Assembly (NCBI GenBank): GCA_016870195.1
Contig: VGCC01000005.1
Location: 19,126-83,125 of the forward strand
Length of the DNA stretch: 64,000 nucleotides
Reading direction: 5' to 3'
Source: Actinomycetota bacterium
GTDB taxonomy: Bacteria; Actinomycetota; Actinomycetes; S36-B12
Shown here piece by piece: positions 7,961 through 17,681 of this stretch. Every line of letters begins with the position of its first letter. Position 1 is the first letter of the stretch. The notes below the pieces were generated by a model. That model did no database searches. It was not told where the DNA came from and saw only the letters and a program-made list of their open reading frames with translations. A program made the position numbers and the translations under genes.

Positions 7961-9265
7961 TCAGCCCACCCGTTCTCGTCGGCCGAGGAGACCCTGCGGG
8001 CGCACCAGCAGGATCAGGATCATCAGGAACAGCGCCCCGACGGTCTTCATCTCCGGTGGGATGACCAGGGTGGTCAGCTGGATGAAGACCCCGACCACGA
8101 GGGCTCCGACCAGGGCCCCGTAGACGGTGCCGAGCCCGCCGAGAATCACTGCCGCGAACAGAACGAGCAGGATGCGCTGCCCCATGTTCCAGATCGAATT
8201 CTGGGTCATGCCGAGATAGATGCCGGCGTACGCAGCCAACCCTGCGGCCACCGTCCACACCACGGCGATCACCCGCTCGACGTCGATACCGGTGGCGGAC
8301 GCCAGGGCAGGGTTGTCCGAGACGGCCCTGGTGGCCTTTCCGATGCGTGAGCGTTGGACCCAGATCACAGTCGCGGCGAGGAGTACCACCGCGATGGCGG
8401 CGAGGACCAACTGCTTGGGCGTGGTCGAGAACGGACCGATGTTTATGCCCGCCTGACCGGCGTACTGCTCGAACGTCTTCGGACCACTCCCGAAGAAGAG
8501 GGACACGGTGTACCGGAGCACGATCGCCAAGCCGATCGACACGATCATCGCGGCGATCAGGCCAGTTTTGCGCTTGCGCAGGGGCTTCCAGAGCACCTTG
8601 TTCTGTCCCCAACCGAACACGACCGCGCAGACGATGACCGAGAGTGGGGCGGCGATGACGATGTGCAGGCCGGCCGTGTTGAAGAGCAGGGCGACGAAGG
8701 CACCCAAAGTGATCAGCTCACCGTGGGCGAAGTTGGTCAGGCCGGTGGTGCCGAAGACGAGATTGAGCCCGAGGGCCCCCAGGGCGATCAGGATGCCGAG
8801 CATGATGCCGTCGGCGAGGAGTTGGACCACCTGCTGGCCTGTGACGCCGGAGCCGGAGCCGGAGGAGGTACCGGACTCCGCTGTACCGCCGCCCTCGCCC
8901 GATACGAGTGGTACCAGCAACTTTTTCTCGCCTCCCAGAATGAGGAGCTCGCGCGAGGCGTCCTCGGGCTTCGCGAGGCTGATCCCCGCGGGGAGCGTGG
9001 TGACGTCGATCTCGATGGCGTAGGTGCCGCCCTCGGGGATCTCAACGCGGAAATTGCCCTGTGCGTCGGAGGTGGTGCTCCCGCTGAAGCCCGCCTCATT
9101 GGACACGGTGATCGCGACGCCGGTCACGGGAGAGCCGTCGGGGCCGGTCAGGGTGCCGATGACAGCGTCACCGGCGGCGGAGGCCGGTGCCATCGCTGCG
9201 ACCCCGAAGAGGGCGACGACAGCGACGAGCAGCATCCCGATACGGGATGCGATCCGACGCTGCAC
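7961..9265 (-). CDS. livH: LivH-like ABC permease fused to an N-terminal secreted beta-sandwich-like domain
   Basis: The C-terminal part is LivH-like (GLNLVFGTTGLTNFAHGE). The N-terminus has a Sec signal (RRIASRIGMLLVAVVALFGVAAMAPASA|AG), an Ig/CarboxypepD_reg-like segment of about 110 aa, and a G/S linker. I chose the GTG at 9265, which has GGAGG 4 nt upstream. The ORF stays open to 9409. Confidence 0.8.
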   Translation of the reverse strand: MQRRIASRIGMLLVAVVALFGVAAMAPASAAGDAVIGTLTGPDGSPVTGVAITVSNEAGFSGSTTSDAQGNFRVEIPEGGTYAIEIDVTTLPAGISLAKPEDASRELLILGGEKKLLVPLVSGEGGGTAESGTSSGSGSGVTGQQVVQLLADGIMLGILIALGALGLNLVFGTTGLTNFAHGELITLGAFVALLFNTAGLHIVIAAPLSVIVCAVVFGWGQNKVLWKPLRKRKTGLIAAMIVSIGLAIVLRYTVSLFFGSGPKTFEQYAGQAGINIGPFSTTPKQLVLAAIAVVLLAATVIWVQRSRIGKATRAVSDNPALASATGIDVERVIAVVWTVAAGLAAYAGIYLGMTQNSIWNMGQRILLVLFAAVILGGLGTVYGALVGALVVGVFIQLTTLVIPPEMKTVGALFLMILILLVRPQGLLGRRERVG

Positions 9266-9321
9266 GAGGCCTCCGGGTGTCAGGGGTTGAAGCACCCTAC
9301 CCAGACCCGGGGCCCACACGT

Positions 9322-9344
9322 GCCCGATTACCCCTAAATCGGGC
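9322..9344 (-). terminator. hairpin just downstream of the thioesterase stop, in the livH leader
   Basis: On the minus strand, GCCCGATT-TAGGGGT-AATCGGGC forms a perfect 8-bp stem. There is no U-tract, so its function is uncertain. Confidence 0.3.
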
Positions 9345-9348
9345 AGGG

Positions 9349-9783
9349 TCACTTCCCTTCGGAGCCCTCCTGACGGGTGCGCAGCAGGCAGGTCAGTCGT
9401 GCCGTGCATACCGGGCGACCCTCGTCGTCGACGATCCGGATGTCATAGGAGGCGACGGTGCGACCTTCGTGGAGTGGGGTCGCGGTGCCGTGGACCATCC
9501 CATCGCGGACGGCGCGGTGGTGAGTGCAGTTGAGATCCACCCCGACGACCAGGGTGCCCCAGCCGGCGTGGATCCCCGCCGCGATAGAGCCGAGGGACTC
9601 GGCTAGCACTGCGCTGGCTCCACCGTGCAGAAGGCCGAAGGGCTGCGTGTTCCCGGCTACCGGGATGCTTCCGCGCACGCAGCCGGGACGGGCCTCAGTG
9701 ATCGTCATCCCCATGCGCTCCCCGAGGTCACCGAGACCGAAGGCCTGCACCACCGCGAGGAGATCGTCGCCCTTCTCGTCCAT
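9349..9783 (-). CDS. PaaI/hotdog-fold thioesterase
   Basis: It shows NTQPFGLLHGGASAVLAESLGS and GRTVASYDIRIVDDEGRPVCTARLT, typical of PaaI-family thioesterases. I took the start at MDEKGD; the upstream part of the track ORF overlaps polA. Confidence 0.82.
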   Translation of the reverse strand: MDEKGDDLLAVVQAFGLGDLGERMGMTITEARPGCVRGSIPVAGNTQPFGLLHGGASAVLAESLGSIAAGIHAGWGTLVVGVDLNCTHHRAVRDGMVHGTATPLHEGRTVASYDIRIVDDEGRPVCTARLTCLLRTRQEGSEGK

Positions 9784-9826
9784 GGCCTGCACCCTAGGGC
9801 CGGACTCCGTCCGCGCATACGATGCC

Positions 9827-12445
9827 GTGGTGTCCGAGCGGCGGTTGCTCCTCATCGATGGGCACTCGATGGCGTATCGCGCATTCTTTGCGCTTCCGGT
9901 GGAGAACTTCTCGACCACAACAGGACAGCCGACGAACGCCGTCTTCGGGTTCACGTCGATGGTGATCAACATGCTCAAGGACGCTGCTCCCACGCACGTG
10001 GCCGTGGCCTTCGATGTCAGTCGGAAGTCCTTCCGGACGGATCGGTTTCCGGACTACAAGGGCACGCGCAGCGCCACGCCGCCCGAGTTCAAGGGGCAGG
10101 TCGAGCTGATCGACCAGGTGCTCGATGCCCTGGGGATCGCCACGTACCGCGCGGAGGGATACGAGGCCGACGACATCATCGCGACATTGACCGCCCAAGC
10201 GCTCGACGAAGGATTCACCGTCGAGATCGTCACGGGTGATCGCGACTCGTTCCAACTCGTGAGTGATTGCGTCACAGTTCTCTACCCCCGCAAGGGTGTC
10301 TCAGACCTTGCGCGGATGACGCCGGACTCGGTGGAGGAGAAGTACGGGCTCCTGCCCGAGCAATACCCGGACTTCGCGGCACTGCGTGGGGATCCCAGTG
10401 ACAACCTCCCGGGTATCGCGGGAGTGGGGGAGAAGACCGCCGTCAAGTGGTTGACCACCTATGGGAGTTTGGCCTCCCTTATCGACCATGCCGACGAAAT
10501 CGGCGGCAAGGTGGGCGAGTCCCTCCGGGCTTCCGTCGGCCAAGTGCTGCTGAACCGGGAACTCACCCAGTTGTTGACGGATGTCCCGTTGCCGAGTGGA
10601 CCCGACTCCTGCTCATGGGCCGGGTGGGATTCGGGATCGGTCGACGCGATCTTCTCCGCCCTGCAATTCACGGCGCTGCGGGATCGGCTGACGAAGTTGC
10701 CCCGCACGGGACAGGCGACGGTCCCCGCCGCCGAGGCACCGGCCGTTGACATCGACGTCGCGCATGTGTCCGGGAAGGAATTTGTCCACGGGTGCGGGGA
10801 AAGCGTGGCCATCGTGGCGACGAGCGACCTCTCCCGGGCCGCGGCATTTAATGCTGCCCGCTCGATCGTGACCGACGATGTCCGCTCGATCGAGTCCGTT
10901 CTGTCATCGATCGACATCACGAAGACCATGCACGATGCGAAGGCGTGCGCCCGGGTGCTGCTTGATCATGGGTCGGAACTGCTGGGTCTCGGTTTCGACA
11001 CGGCGCTCGCGGCCTACCTGGTGATGCCGGGCCAGCGTTCGTATGCCCTTCCGGATGTGGAGCAACGTGTCCTCGGTCGCGTCCGGGGGGAACTCGGTGG
11101 CGAGGGGCAGTTGGACCTGCTGGGCGGTGGCGACGCTGATGACCAGGTGCTCGGTGCGGATGCCGCCGCGGTGGCGGACCTCGAGTCGAGTCTTTGCCCA
11201 CGTCTGGCGGAGGACGGTCTGCTGTCACTCCTGGTCGATGTGGAACAGCCGGTTGCGTTGGTGCTGGCGCAGATGGAACACACGGGCATATGTGTGGATC
11301 GCCCGGGCCTCGAGGCGCTGTCACGTGCGTTCGGTGATGCGATGCGCGCGTGTGAGTCCAGTGCGGAGAAGATCGTCGGGCGCCCGTTCAATATGGGTTC
11401 GCCAAAGCAACTCCAGGAGATCCTCTTCGGCGAGAGAGGTCTGCCGAGGACGAAGAAGATCAAGACGGGCTACACCACCGATGCCGAAGCCCTCCAGGGC
11501 CTATACGAACAGACCGAGGACCCGCTGCTTGCGGAGATCTTGGCCTGGCGTGACCGCAGCAAGTTACGCCAGACCGTGGATGGGCTCATCCCGCTGATCG
11601 CATCGGATGGACGGATCCACACGACCTTCCACCAGACCGTGGCGGCGACCGGGCGGCTGTCCAGCAGCGATCCCAACCTGCAGAACATCCCGGTGCGGAC
11701 GGATGCAGGCCGCAGCATTCGGCGTTGCTTCGTCGTCGGCGAGGGATTTGAATCTCTGATGACGGCCGACTACAGCCAGATCGAGCTGCGGATCATGGCG
11801 CACGTCTCCGAGGACGCGGGACTGATCAAGGCATTCCAATCGGGTGAGGATCTGCACACGACTGTCGCCAGTGCCGTCTTCGGTGTCGCCCCCACGGCCG
11901 TGGATGCAGAGATGCGGCGCAAGATCAAGGCCATGAGTTACGGCCTCGCTTATGGCCTGTCGCCATTCGGCCTCTCACAGCAGTTGCGGATCACTCCGGC
12001 CGAGGCGCAACAGTTGATGGATGAGTACTTCCAGCGGTTCGGTGGGATCCGCAACTACCTCGCCGGAGTGGTCGACACCGCTCGTGCGAGCGGGTACACC
12101 GAGACGATGTTCGGTCGGCGGCGCTACCTCCCGGATCTGCAACACGACAATCGACAGCGTCGCGAGATGGCGGAGCGGATGGCACTGAACGCACCCATCC
12201 AGGGGACTGCTGCGGACATCGTGAAGATCGCCATGCTGGGTGTGGCCGACGCGCTTGCCACCGCGAATCTGGCGTCCCGACTCCTCCTTCAGGTGCATGA
12301 CGAACTCGTCGTCGAGGTGGCCCCGGGCGAGGCCGCGGAGGTCGAGAGGATCCTGCGCGAGCGGATGGGTGCGGCGGCCAGCCTGCGCGTGCCCCTGGAG
12401 GTCACCGTGGGAGTGGGGACGAATTGGGACGAAGCCGCCCACTAG
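9827..12445 (+). CDS. polA: DNA polymerase I
   Basis: The 5'-nuclease N-terminus reads LLLIDGHSMAYRAFFALP. Polymerase motifs are DYSQIELRIMAH, RRKIKAMSYGLAYG and LQVHDELVVE. The start is GTG 9827 (or 9830). The upstream part of the track ORF is antisense to the thioesterase and rejected. Confidence 0.95.
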   Translation: MVSERRLLLIDGHSMAYRAFFALPVENFSTTTGQPTNAVFGFTSMVINMLKDAAPTHVAVAFDVSRKSFRTDRFPDYKGTRSATPPEFKGQVELIDQVLDALGIATYRAEGYEADDIIATLTAQALDEGFTVEIVTGDRDSFQLVSDCVTVLYPRKGVSDLARMTPDSVEEKYGLLPEQYPDFAALRGDPSDNLPGIAGVGEKTAVKWLTTYGSLASLIDHADEIGGKVGESLRASVGQVLLNRELTQLLTDVPLPSGPDSCSWAGWDSGSVDAIFSALQFTALRDRLTKLPRTGQATVPAAEAPAVDIDVAHVSGKEFVHGCGESVAIVATSDLSRAAAFNAARSIVTDDVRSIESVLSSIDITKTMHDAKACARVLLDHGSELLGLGFDTALAAYLVMPGQRSYALPDVEQRVLGRVRGELGGEGQLDLLGGGDADDQVLGADAAAVADLESSLCPRLAEDGLLSLLVDVEQPVALVLAQMEHTGICVDRPGLEALSRAFGDAMRACESSAEKIVGRPFNMGSPKQLQEILFGERGLPRTKKIKTGYTTDAEALQGLYEQTEDPLLAEILAWRDRSKLRQTVDGLIPLIASDGRIHTTFHQTVAATGRLSSSDPNLQNIPVRTDAGRSIRRCFVVGEGFESLMTADYSQIELRIMAHVSEDAGLIKAFQSGEDLHTTVASAVFGVAPTAVDAEMRRKIKAMSYGLAYGLSPFGLSQQLRITPAEAQQLMDEYFQRFGGIRNYLAGVVDTARASGYTETMFGRRRYLPDLQHDNRQRREMAERMALNAPIQGTAADIVKIAMLGVADALATANLASRLLLQVHDELVVEVAPGEAAEVERILRERMGAAASLRVPLEVTVGVGTNWDEAAH

Positions 12446-12557
12446 GGCGCCGGCCTGGGCTCGGGCCGATTTCCCGGGTGCCCCCGGGGTGCCGTAGCCT
12501 TGCCAGGCTCAGCAGCCGCTGGGCATCCCTACTCATAGTTATCGGATCCCCTACTTC

Positions 12558-14009
12558 ATGACCGCTCCTACGACCAGCCCCGCACAGGTAGCCGTAAACG
12601 ACATCGGCTCGGCGGAGGACTTCCTCGCAGCAATCGACGCCACCATTAAGTACTTCAACGACGGAGACATCGTCGAGGGCACCATCGTCAAGGTCGACCG
12701 CGACGAGGTGCTCCTGGATATCGGCTATAAGACCGAAGGCGTCATCCCCTCCCGTGAACTCTCGATCAAGCACGACGTAGACCCCACCGAGGTCGTCAAC
12801 GTCGGCGACCGGGTCGAGGCTCTTGTTCTCCAAAAAGAGGACAAGGAGGGACGGCTGATTCTGTCCAAGAAGCGTGCGCAGTACGAGCGCGCGTGGGGCG
12901 ATATCGAGCGCGTGAAGGAATCAGACGGCGTGGTTGAGGGCCAGGTGATCGAGGTCGTCAAGGGCGGACTCATCCTGGATATCGGCCTCCGCGGCTTCTT
13001 GCCGGCCTCGCTGGTGGAGATGCGCCGGGTTCGTGATCTCCAGCCCTATGTCGGCAAGACCCTCGAGGCGAAGATCATCGAGCTCGACAAAAACCGCAAT
13101 AACGTCGTGCTGTCCCGTCGCGCATGGCTCGAGCAGACCCAGTCCGAGGTGCGTCACACCTTCTTGAACAACCTGCAAAAGGGTCAGATCCGCAACGGCG
13201 TCGTATCGTCGATCGTCAACTTCGGCGCATTCGTCGATCTCGGTGGGGTGGACGGCCTCGTCCACGTGTCGGAACTGTCCTGGAAGCACATTGACCATCC
13301 CGCCGAGGTGGTCGAGGTCGGCCAGGAGGTCACCGTCGAGGTTCTCGACGTCGACATGGATCGCGAGCGCGTCTCGCTGTCGCTCAAGGCGACCCAGGAG
13401 GATCCTTGGCAGCACTTCGCTCGCACGCACCAGATCAACCAGGTGGTACCGGGCAAGGTCACGAAACTCGTTCCCTTCGGAGCTTTCGTTCGTGTTGACG
13501 AAGGCATTGAAGGACTCGTCCATATCTCTGAGTTGGCCGAGCGGCATATCGAGATGCCTGAGCAGATCGTGCAGGTCGGCGATGAGCCGTATGTCAAGGT
13601 CATCGATATCGATCTCGAGCGCCGCCGCATCTCCCTCTCGCTCAAGCAGGCGAATGACTCCGCCGACGCCGTTGCTAGCGTGGAGTTCGATCCCTACCTG
13701 TACGGCATGGCACCGGCATTCGATGATGCTGGCAACTACATCGGCCCCGAGGGCTTCGACCCGGAGACGGGTGAGTGGAAGGCCGGATTCGAAGGCCAGC
13801 GTGCCGCGTGGGAGCAGGAGTACGCCGAGGCGCATGCCCGGTGGGAGGCCCACCGCAAGCAGGCAGCAGATGCTCGCGAAGCTGACCAGGAGGCTGCGGT
13901 GGAGTCCGGCGATGCCACCAGTTTCTCCTCCAGCGGTGCCGATGATGAGTCGTCCCTGGCATCTGACGAGAAGCTGCAGGCTCTGCGCGACAAGCTGACA
14001 TCGGACTGA
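12558..14009 (+). CDS. rpsA: 30S ribosomal protein S1
   Basis: It has four S1 repeats (for example VNFGAFVDLGGVDGLVHVSELS and LVPFGAFVRVDEGIEGLVHISEL) and an acidic C-terminus. Confidence 0.97.
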   Translation: MTAPTTSPAQVAVNDIGSAEDFLAAIDATIKYFNDGDIVEGTIVKVDRDEVLLDIGYKTEGVIPSRELSIKHDVDPTEVVNVGDRVEALVLQKEDKEGRLILSKKRAQYERAWGDIERVKESDGVVEGQVIEVVKGGLILDIGLRGFLPASLVEMRRVRDLQPYVGKTLEAKIIELDKNRNNVVLSRRAWLEQTQSEVRHTFLNNLQKGQIRNGVVSSIVNFGAFVDLGGVDGLVHVSELSWKHIDHPAEVVEVGQEVTVEVLDVDMDRERVSLSLKATQEDPWQHFARTHQINQVVPGKVTKLVPFGAFVRVDEGIEGLVHISELAERHIEMPEQIVQVGDEPYVKVIDIDLERRRISLSLKQANDSADAVASVEFDPYLYGMAPAFDDAGNYIGPEGFDPETGEWKAGFEGQRAAWEQEYAEAHARWEAHRKQAADAREADQEAAVESGDATSFSSSGADDESSLASDEKLQALRDKLTSD

Positions 14010-14018
14010 CCGTCGTAG

Positions 14019-14042
14019 GCCGGTCATCCGCCCACGACCGGC
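14019..14042 (+). terminator. hairpin after rpsA
   Basis: GCCGGTC-atccgcccac-GACCGGC forms a 7-bp stem 10 nt after the stop codon. Only a weak T-rich tail (CTCTTC) follows. Confidence 0.4.
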
Positions 14043-14055
14043 GTAGGCTCTTCAA

Positions 14056-14652
14056 GTGCTGCGCATTGCTGTGACGGGCGGAATCGGTGCCGGCAAGAGC
14101 ACCGTGGCCCGAATGCTGGCGGATCGCGGTGCGGTCGTGATCGATGCGGACGCGATCTCCCGTGCCCTGGTGGAGCCCGGTGCCCCGGGCCTCGGGCCGC
14201 TCGTGGCCGAATTCGGGCCCAGGATCCTGCGCGAGGACGGGGCGCTCGATCGGGGCGAATTAGCCTCCCTCGCCTTCTCGGAAGTCGAGGGGACGCGACG
14301 GCTGAACGCGATCATGCACCCGCTCATCCGGACGGAGGCCGAGCGCCGGGTGGCCGAGGCGCAGGAGGCGGGTGCCTCCGTTGTCGTCTACGACATGCCC
14401 CTGCTGGTGGAAACCGGCCAGCAGGATCTGGTGGACCTGGTCCTGGTCGTTGATGCACCCGAGGAGCAGCAGGTTCTCCGGGCCTCGCGCGCGTTCCCCG
14501 AGGCGGACGTCCGGCGCCGCATGGCCGCGCAGGCGACCCGCGAGGAACGTCTCGCCGTCGCGGACGTGGTCATAGACAACGCCGGGAGCACCGCGCAGAC
14601 GCAGCACCAGGTGGACGATTTCTGGGACCGACTCGTGACTGAGCGACCATGA
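14056..14652 (+). CDS. coaE: dephospho-CoA kinase
   Basis: It begins [13 protein letters not shown] (P-loop) and lies in the rpsA-coaE-uvrB synteny. The start codon is GTG. Confidence 0.92.
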   Translation: MLRIAVTGGIGAGKSTVARMLADRGAVVIDADAISRALVEPGAPGLGPLVAEFGPRILREDGALDRGELASLAFSEVEGTRRLNAIMHPLIRTEAERRVAEAQEAGASVVVYDMPLLVETGQQDLVDLVLVVDAPEEQQVLRASRAFPEADVRRRMAAQATREERLAVADVVIDNAGSTAQTQHQVDDFWDRLVTERP

Positions 14653-16703
14653 CCCGACCCCTGACGGAGATCCCCCGGGCAGGTGCCCCGTTCGAGGTCG
14701 TGTCGGAGTTCAGTCCGGCCGGTGACCAGCCGGAGGCCATCGACGTGATCGTCCGGCGCATCGAAGCAGGGGAGAAGGAGGTCGTTCTCCTCGGTGCCAC
14801 GGGAACCGGCAAGTCCGCCACCACTGCGTGGCTGGTGGAAAGGCTCCAGCGTCCGACCTTGGTGATGGCTCCGAACAAGACCCTCGCTGCACAGTTGGCG
14901 ACCGAGTTCCGAGAACTCCTTCCGAACAACGCCGTGGAGTACTTCGTCTCGTACTACGACTATTACCAACCCGAGGCGTACGTCCCACAAACCGACACGT
15001 TCATCGAGAAGGACTCCTCGATCAACGAGGAGGTGGAGCGCCTACGGCACTCCGCCACGAATTCCCTTCTCACGCGCCGAGACGTTCTCGTCGTGGCAAC
15101 GGTCTCCGCCATCTACGGATTGGGCACCCCTCAGGAGTACGTGGATCGCATGGTGCGCGTCCGGGTCGGCGAGGAGATCGAACGCAACGACCTGCTCCGC
15201 CGGCTGGTGGGCATCCAGTACACCCGTAACGATGTCGCCTTCACTCGCGGCACGTTCCGGGTGCGAGGCGACACGGTCGAGGTGTTTCCGGTGTACGAGC
15301 AGCATCCGGTGCGGATCGAGATGTTCGGCGATGAAGTCGAGCGGGTCATGACCCTGCATCCGCTCACCGGCGAGATCCTCTCGGATGACCCGGAGGTCTA
15401 CATCTTCCCGGCTACGCACTACGTCGCGGGTCCGGAGCGCATGGAGCGGGCCATCAGCGATATCGAAGACGAGTTGGTCGTCCGGGTCGCTGAACTCGAG
15501 GGCCAGGGGAAGTTGCTCGAGGCGCAACGGATCAAGATGCGCACGTCCTACGACCTGGACATGATGCGCAATCTCGGCTTCTGCTCCGGCATCGAGAACT
15601 ACTCCCGGCACATCGACGGCCGGGAACCGGGGTCGGCGCCGAACTGCCTCCTGGACTACTTCCCCGAGGACTTCCTGCTAGTAATCGACGAGTCTCATGT
15701 CACCGTCCCTCAGATCGGTGCCATGTATGAGGGAGACCGAAGCCGCAAGGGAACGCTCGTCGAACACGGCTTCCGATTGCCGTCAGCCATGGACAACCGC
15801 CCGTTGCGATTCGCTGAATTCGAGGAACGGATCGGTCAGACCGTGTACCTGTCGGCGACCCCCGGCTCCTTCGAGTTGACCAAGGTTCAGGGAGATGTGG
15901 TCGAGCAGGTCATCCGGCCCACGGGACTCGTGGATCCCCTCGTGGTCGTCAAGTCCACGGACGGGCAGATCGACGATCTCATGCATGAGATCCGGATGCG
16001 AGTCGAGCGCGGGGAGCGCACCCTGGTCACCACCCTGACCAAGCGCATGGCCGAGGATCTGACCGACTATCTGGGCGAGAACGGCGTTCGGGTCGAGTAC
16101 CTCCATTCCGAGGTAGACACACTTAGGCGCGTCGAGTTGCTCCGCGAACTGCGGATGGGTGTTTTCGATGTGCTGGTGGGAATCAACCTGCTCCGTGAGG
16201 GGCTCGATCTCCCCGAGGTGTCCCTCGTGGCGATCCTCGACGCCGATAAGGAGGGATTCCTGCGCTCCGAAACGTCCTTGATCCAGACCATCGGACGTGC
16301 GGCACGTAACGTGTCGGGAGAAGTCCACATGTACGCCGACACCGTCACCCCGTCGATGCGGCGCGCCATCGACGAGACGAATCGGCGGCGTGCCAAGCAA
16401 GTTGCGTACAACGAGGAACGGGGGATCGATCCCCAGCCCCTGCGCAAGAAGATCGCCGACATCACGGACCTTCTGGCACGAGAGGATGCGGACACCCGTG
16501 AAGTCCTCGAGCGTGAGGGTTCTATCGCTACGCGGGCTCGCAGCGCTGCCGGAGCGGACCTTGCCGCATTGATTGAGGAGTTGACCGAGCAGATGCATGC
16601 CGCGGCCGCGAGTCTTCAGTTCGAACTTGCCGCTCGGATCCGTGATGAGGTGGCGGAGTTGAAGAAGGAGTTCCGTGGGATGCGCGAAGCCGGAGCAGGC
16701 TGA
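14649..16703 (+). CDS. uvrB: excinuclease ABC subunit B
   Basis: It has [10 protein letters not shown], the DESH box (VIDESHVT), helicase motifs, and the C-terminal UVR domain ([17 protein letters not shown]). Confidence 0.97.
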   Translation: MTRPLTEIPRAGAPFEVVSEFSPAGDQPEAIDVIVRRIEAGEKEVVLLGATGTGKSATTAWLVERLQRPTLVMAPNKTLAAQLATEFRELLPNNAVEYFVSYYDYYQPEAYVPQTDTFIEKDSSINEEVERLRHSATNSLLTRRDVLVVATVSAIYGLGTPQEYVDRMVRVRVGEEIERNDLLRRLVGIQYTRNDVAFTRGTFRVRGDTVEVFPVYEQHPVRIEMFGDEVERVMTLHPLTGEILSDDPEVYIFPATHYVAGPERMERAISDIEDELVVRVAELEGQGKLLEAQRIKMRTSYDLDMMRNLGFCSGIENYSRHIDGREPGSAPNCLLDYFPEDFLLVIDESHVTVPQIGAMYEGDRSRKGTLVEHGFRLPSAMDNRPLRFAEFEERIGQTVYLSATPGSFELTKVQGDVVEQVIRPTGLVDPLVVVKSTDGQIDDLMHEIRMRVERGERTLVTTLTKRMAEDLTDYLGENGVRVEYLHSEVDTLRRVELLRELRMGVFDVLVGINLLREGLDLPEVSLVAILDADKEGFLRSETSLIQTIGRAARNVSGEVHMYADTVTPSMRRAIDETNRRRAKQVAYNEERGIDPQPLRKKIADITDLLAREDADTREVLEREGSIATRARSAAGADLAALIEELTEQMHAAAASLQFELAARIRDEVAELKKEFRGMREAGAG

Positions 16704-17650
16704 TGAATGTATCGCCTCTTGTGTGGGGCATCACCATCGCGGCACTCATCGGAATCATCGTGCTGGACCTGGTCATCGCCGAACGGCGCAAGACGGAATT
16801 CGGTCCCCGGGAGGCCACCCGCTGGGTGATCGTCTACATCGCATGCGCCGCCGTGTTCGCGGTGATCATCGGGTGGAAGTTCGGGGCCCAGTATGCAGGG
16901 GAGTTCGTTGCCGGTTATCTGACCGAGTACTCGTTATCGGTGGACAACCTCTTCGTCTTCATGTTGATCATGAGCTCCTTCGCGGTTCCCGTCATCTACC
17001 AGCACCGCGTCCTCCTTGTCGGCATCGTCATCGCGCTCATCCTGCGCGGCACCCTGATCGTGATCGGCGCTGAACTCATCAGTCGGTTCAGCGCGATCTT
17101 CTACCTCTTCGCGGGCTTCCTACTTTTCACGGCCTGGAAGGTCTGGACGTCGGACCATGAGGCGGAGGAGACGAGAGAGGGAGGCAACGCCCTCGTCACC
17201 TGGGTCTCCACCCGGTTCCCCACAACGAACGAGTACCACGGGACGGCGCTGACCACGAAGATCTCAGGTCGACGGGTGCTCACTCCTATGGCTCTGGTGA
17301 TGCTGGCCATCGGGACCACCGATCTGCTGTTCGCTGTGGACTCGATTCCCGCAGTCTTCGGGATCACTCAGGAGGCCTACCTGGTCTTCGCCGCGAACGC
17401 ATTCGCCTTGATGGGACTCCGGCAGCTTTATTTCCTCTTGAAGGGTGTGTTGGGTCGCCTCCGCCACCTCAACAAGGGTTTAGCCATCATTCTCGGCTTC
17501 ATTGGGCTGAAACTCCTGCTCGAGGCGCTGCATTCGACGACCTCACTTCCGGTTCCGACGATCCCCATCTGGTTCTCCCTGTTGTTCATCGTCGTGGTTT
17601 TGGCCGTAACGGCGGCGACGAGCGTGCGGGCAGCCGGTCGGCCTGAGTAG
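16703..17650 (+). CDS. TerC family integral membrane protein (paralogue 1)
   Basis: It is polytopic with the TerC signatures EYSLSVDNLFVF and DLLFAVDSIPAVFGIT. Its ATG overlaps the uvrB TGA (TGATG). Confidence 0.9.
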   Translation: MNVSPLVWGITIAALIGIIVLDLVIAERRKTEFGPREATRWVIVYIACAAVFAVIIGWKFGAQYAGEFVAGYLTEYSLSVDNLFVFMLIMSSFAVPVIYQHRVLLVGIVIALILRGTLIVIGAELISRFSAIFYLFAGFLLFTAWKVWTSDHEAEETREGGNALVTWVSTRFPTTNEYHGTALTTKISGRRVLTPMALVMLAIGTTDLLFAVDSIPAVFGITQEAYLVFAANAFALMGLRQLYFLLKGVLGRLRHLNKGLAIILGFIGLKLLLEALHSTTSLPVPTIPIWFSLLFIVVVLAVTAATSVRAAGRPE

Positions 17651-17681
17651 CGCTTCGCGGGCGATACGCAATACTGCTTAG

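Noticed and set aside
9524-9826. Upstream extensions of track ORFs beyond the real starts. Examples are polA from 9524, pgk from 28228, tpiA from 29645, secG from 30633, whiA from 26597, ctaB from 34313, sufB from 37073, sufD from 37699, sufC from 39845, sufT from 42356, gcvP from 57842, and the thioesterase up to 9993.
   Set aside because: The extensions run through neighbouring conserved genes or the riboswitch and have junk-like composition. Internal ATG/GTG codons give canonical N-termini, often with 1-4-nt stop/start coupling to the preceding gene.
12473-12488. The palindrome CCCGGG-TGCC-CCCGGG after polA, considered as an intrinsic terminator.
   Set aside because: It has only a 6-bp stem and no T-tract. 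Such GC palindromes are common by chance at this base composition. I did not call it as a feature.
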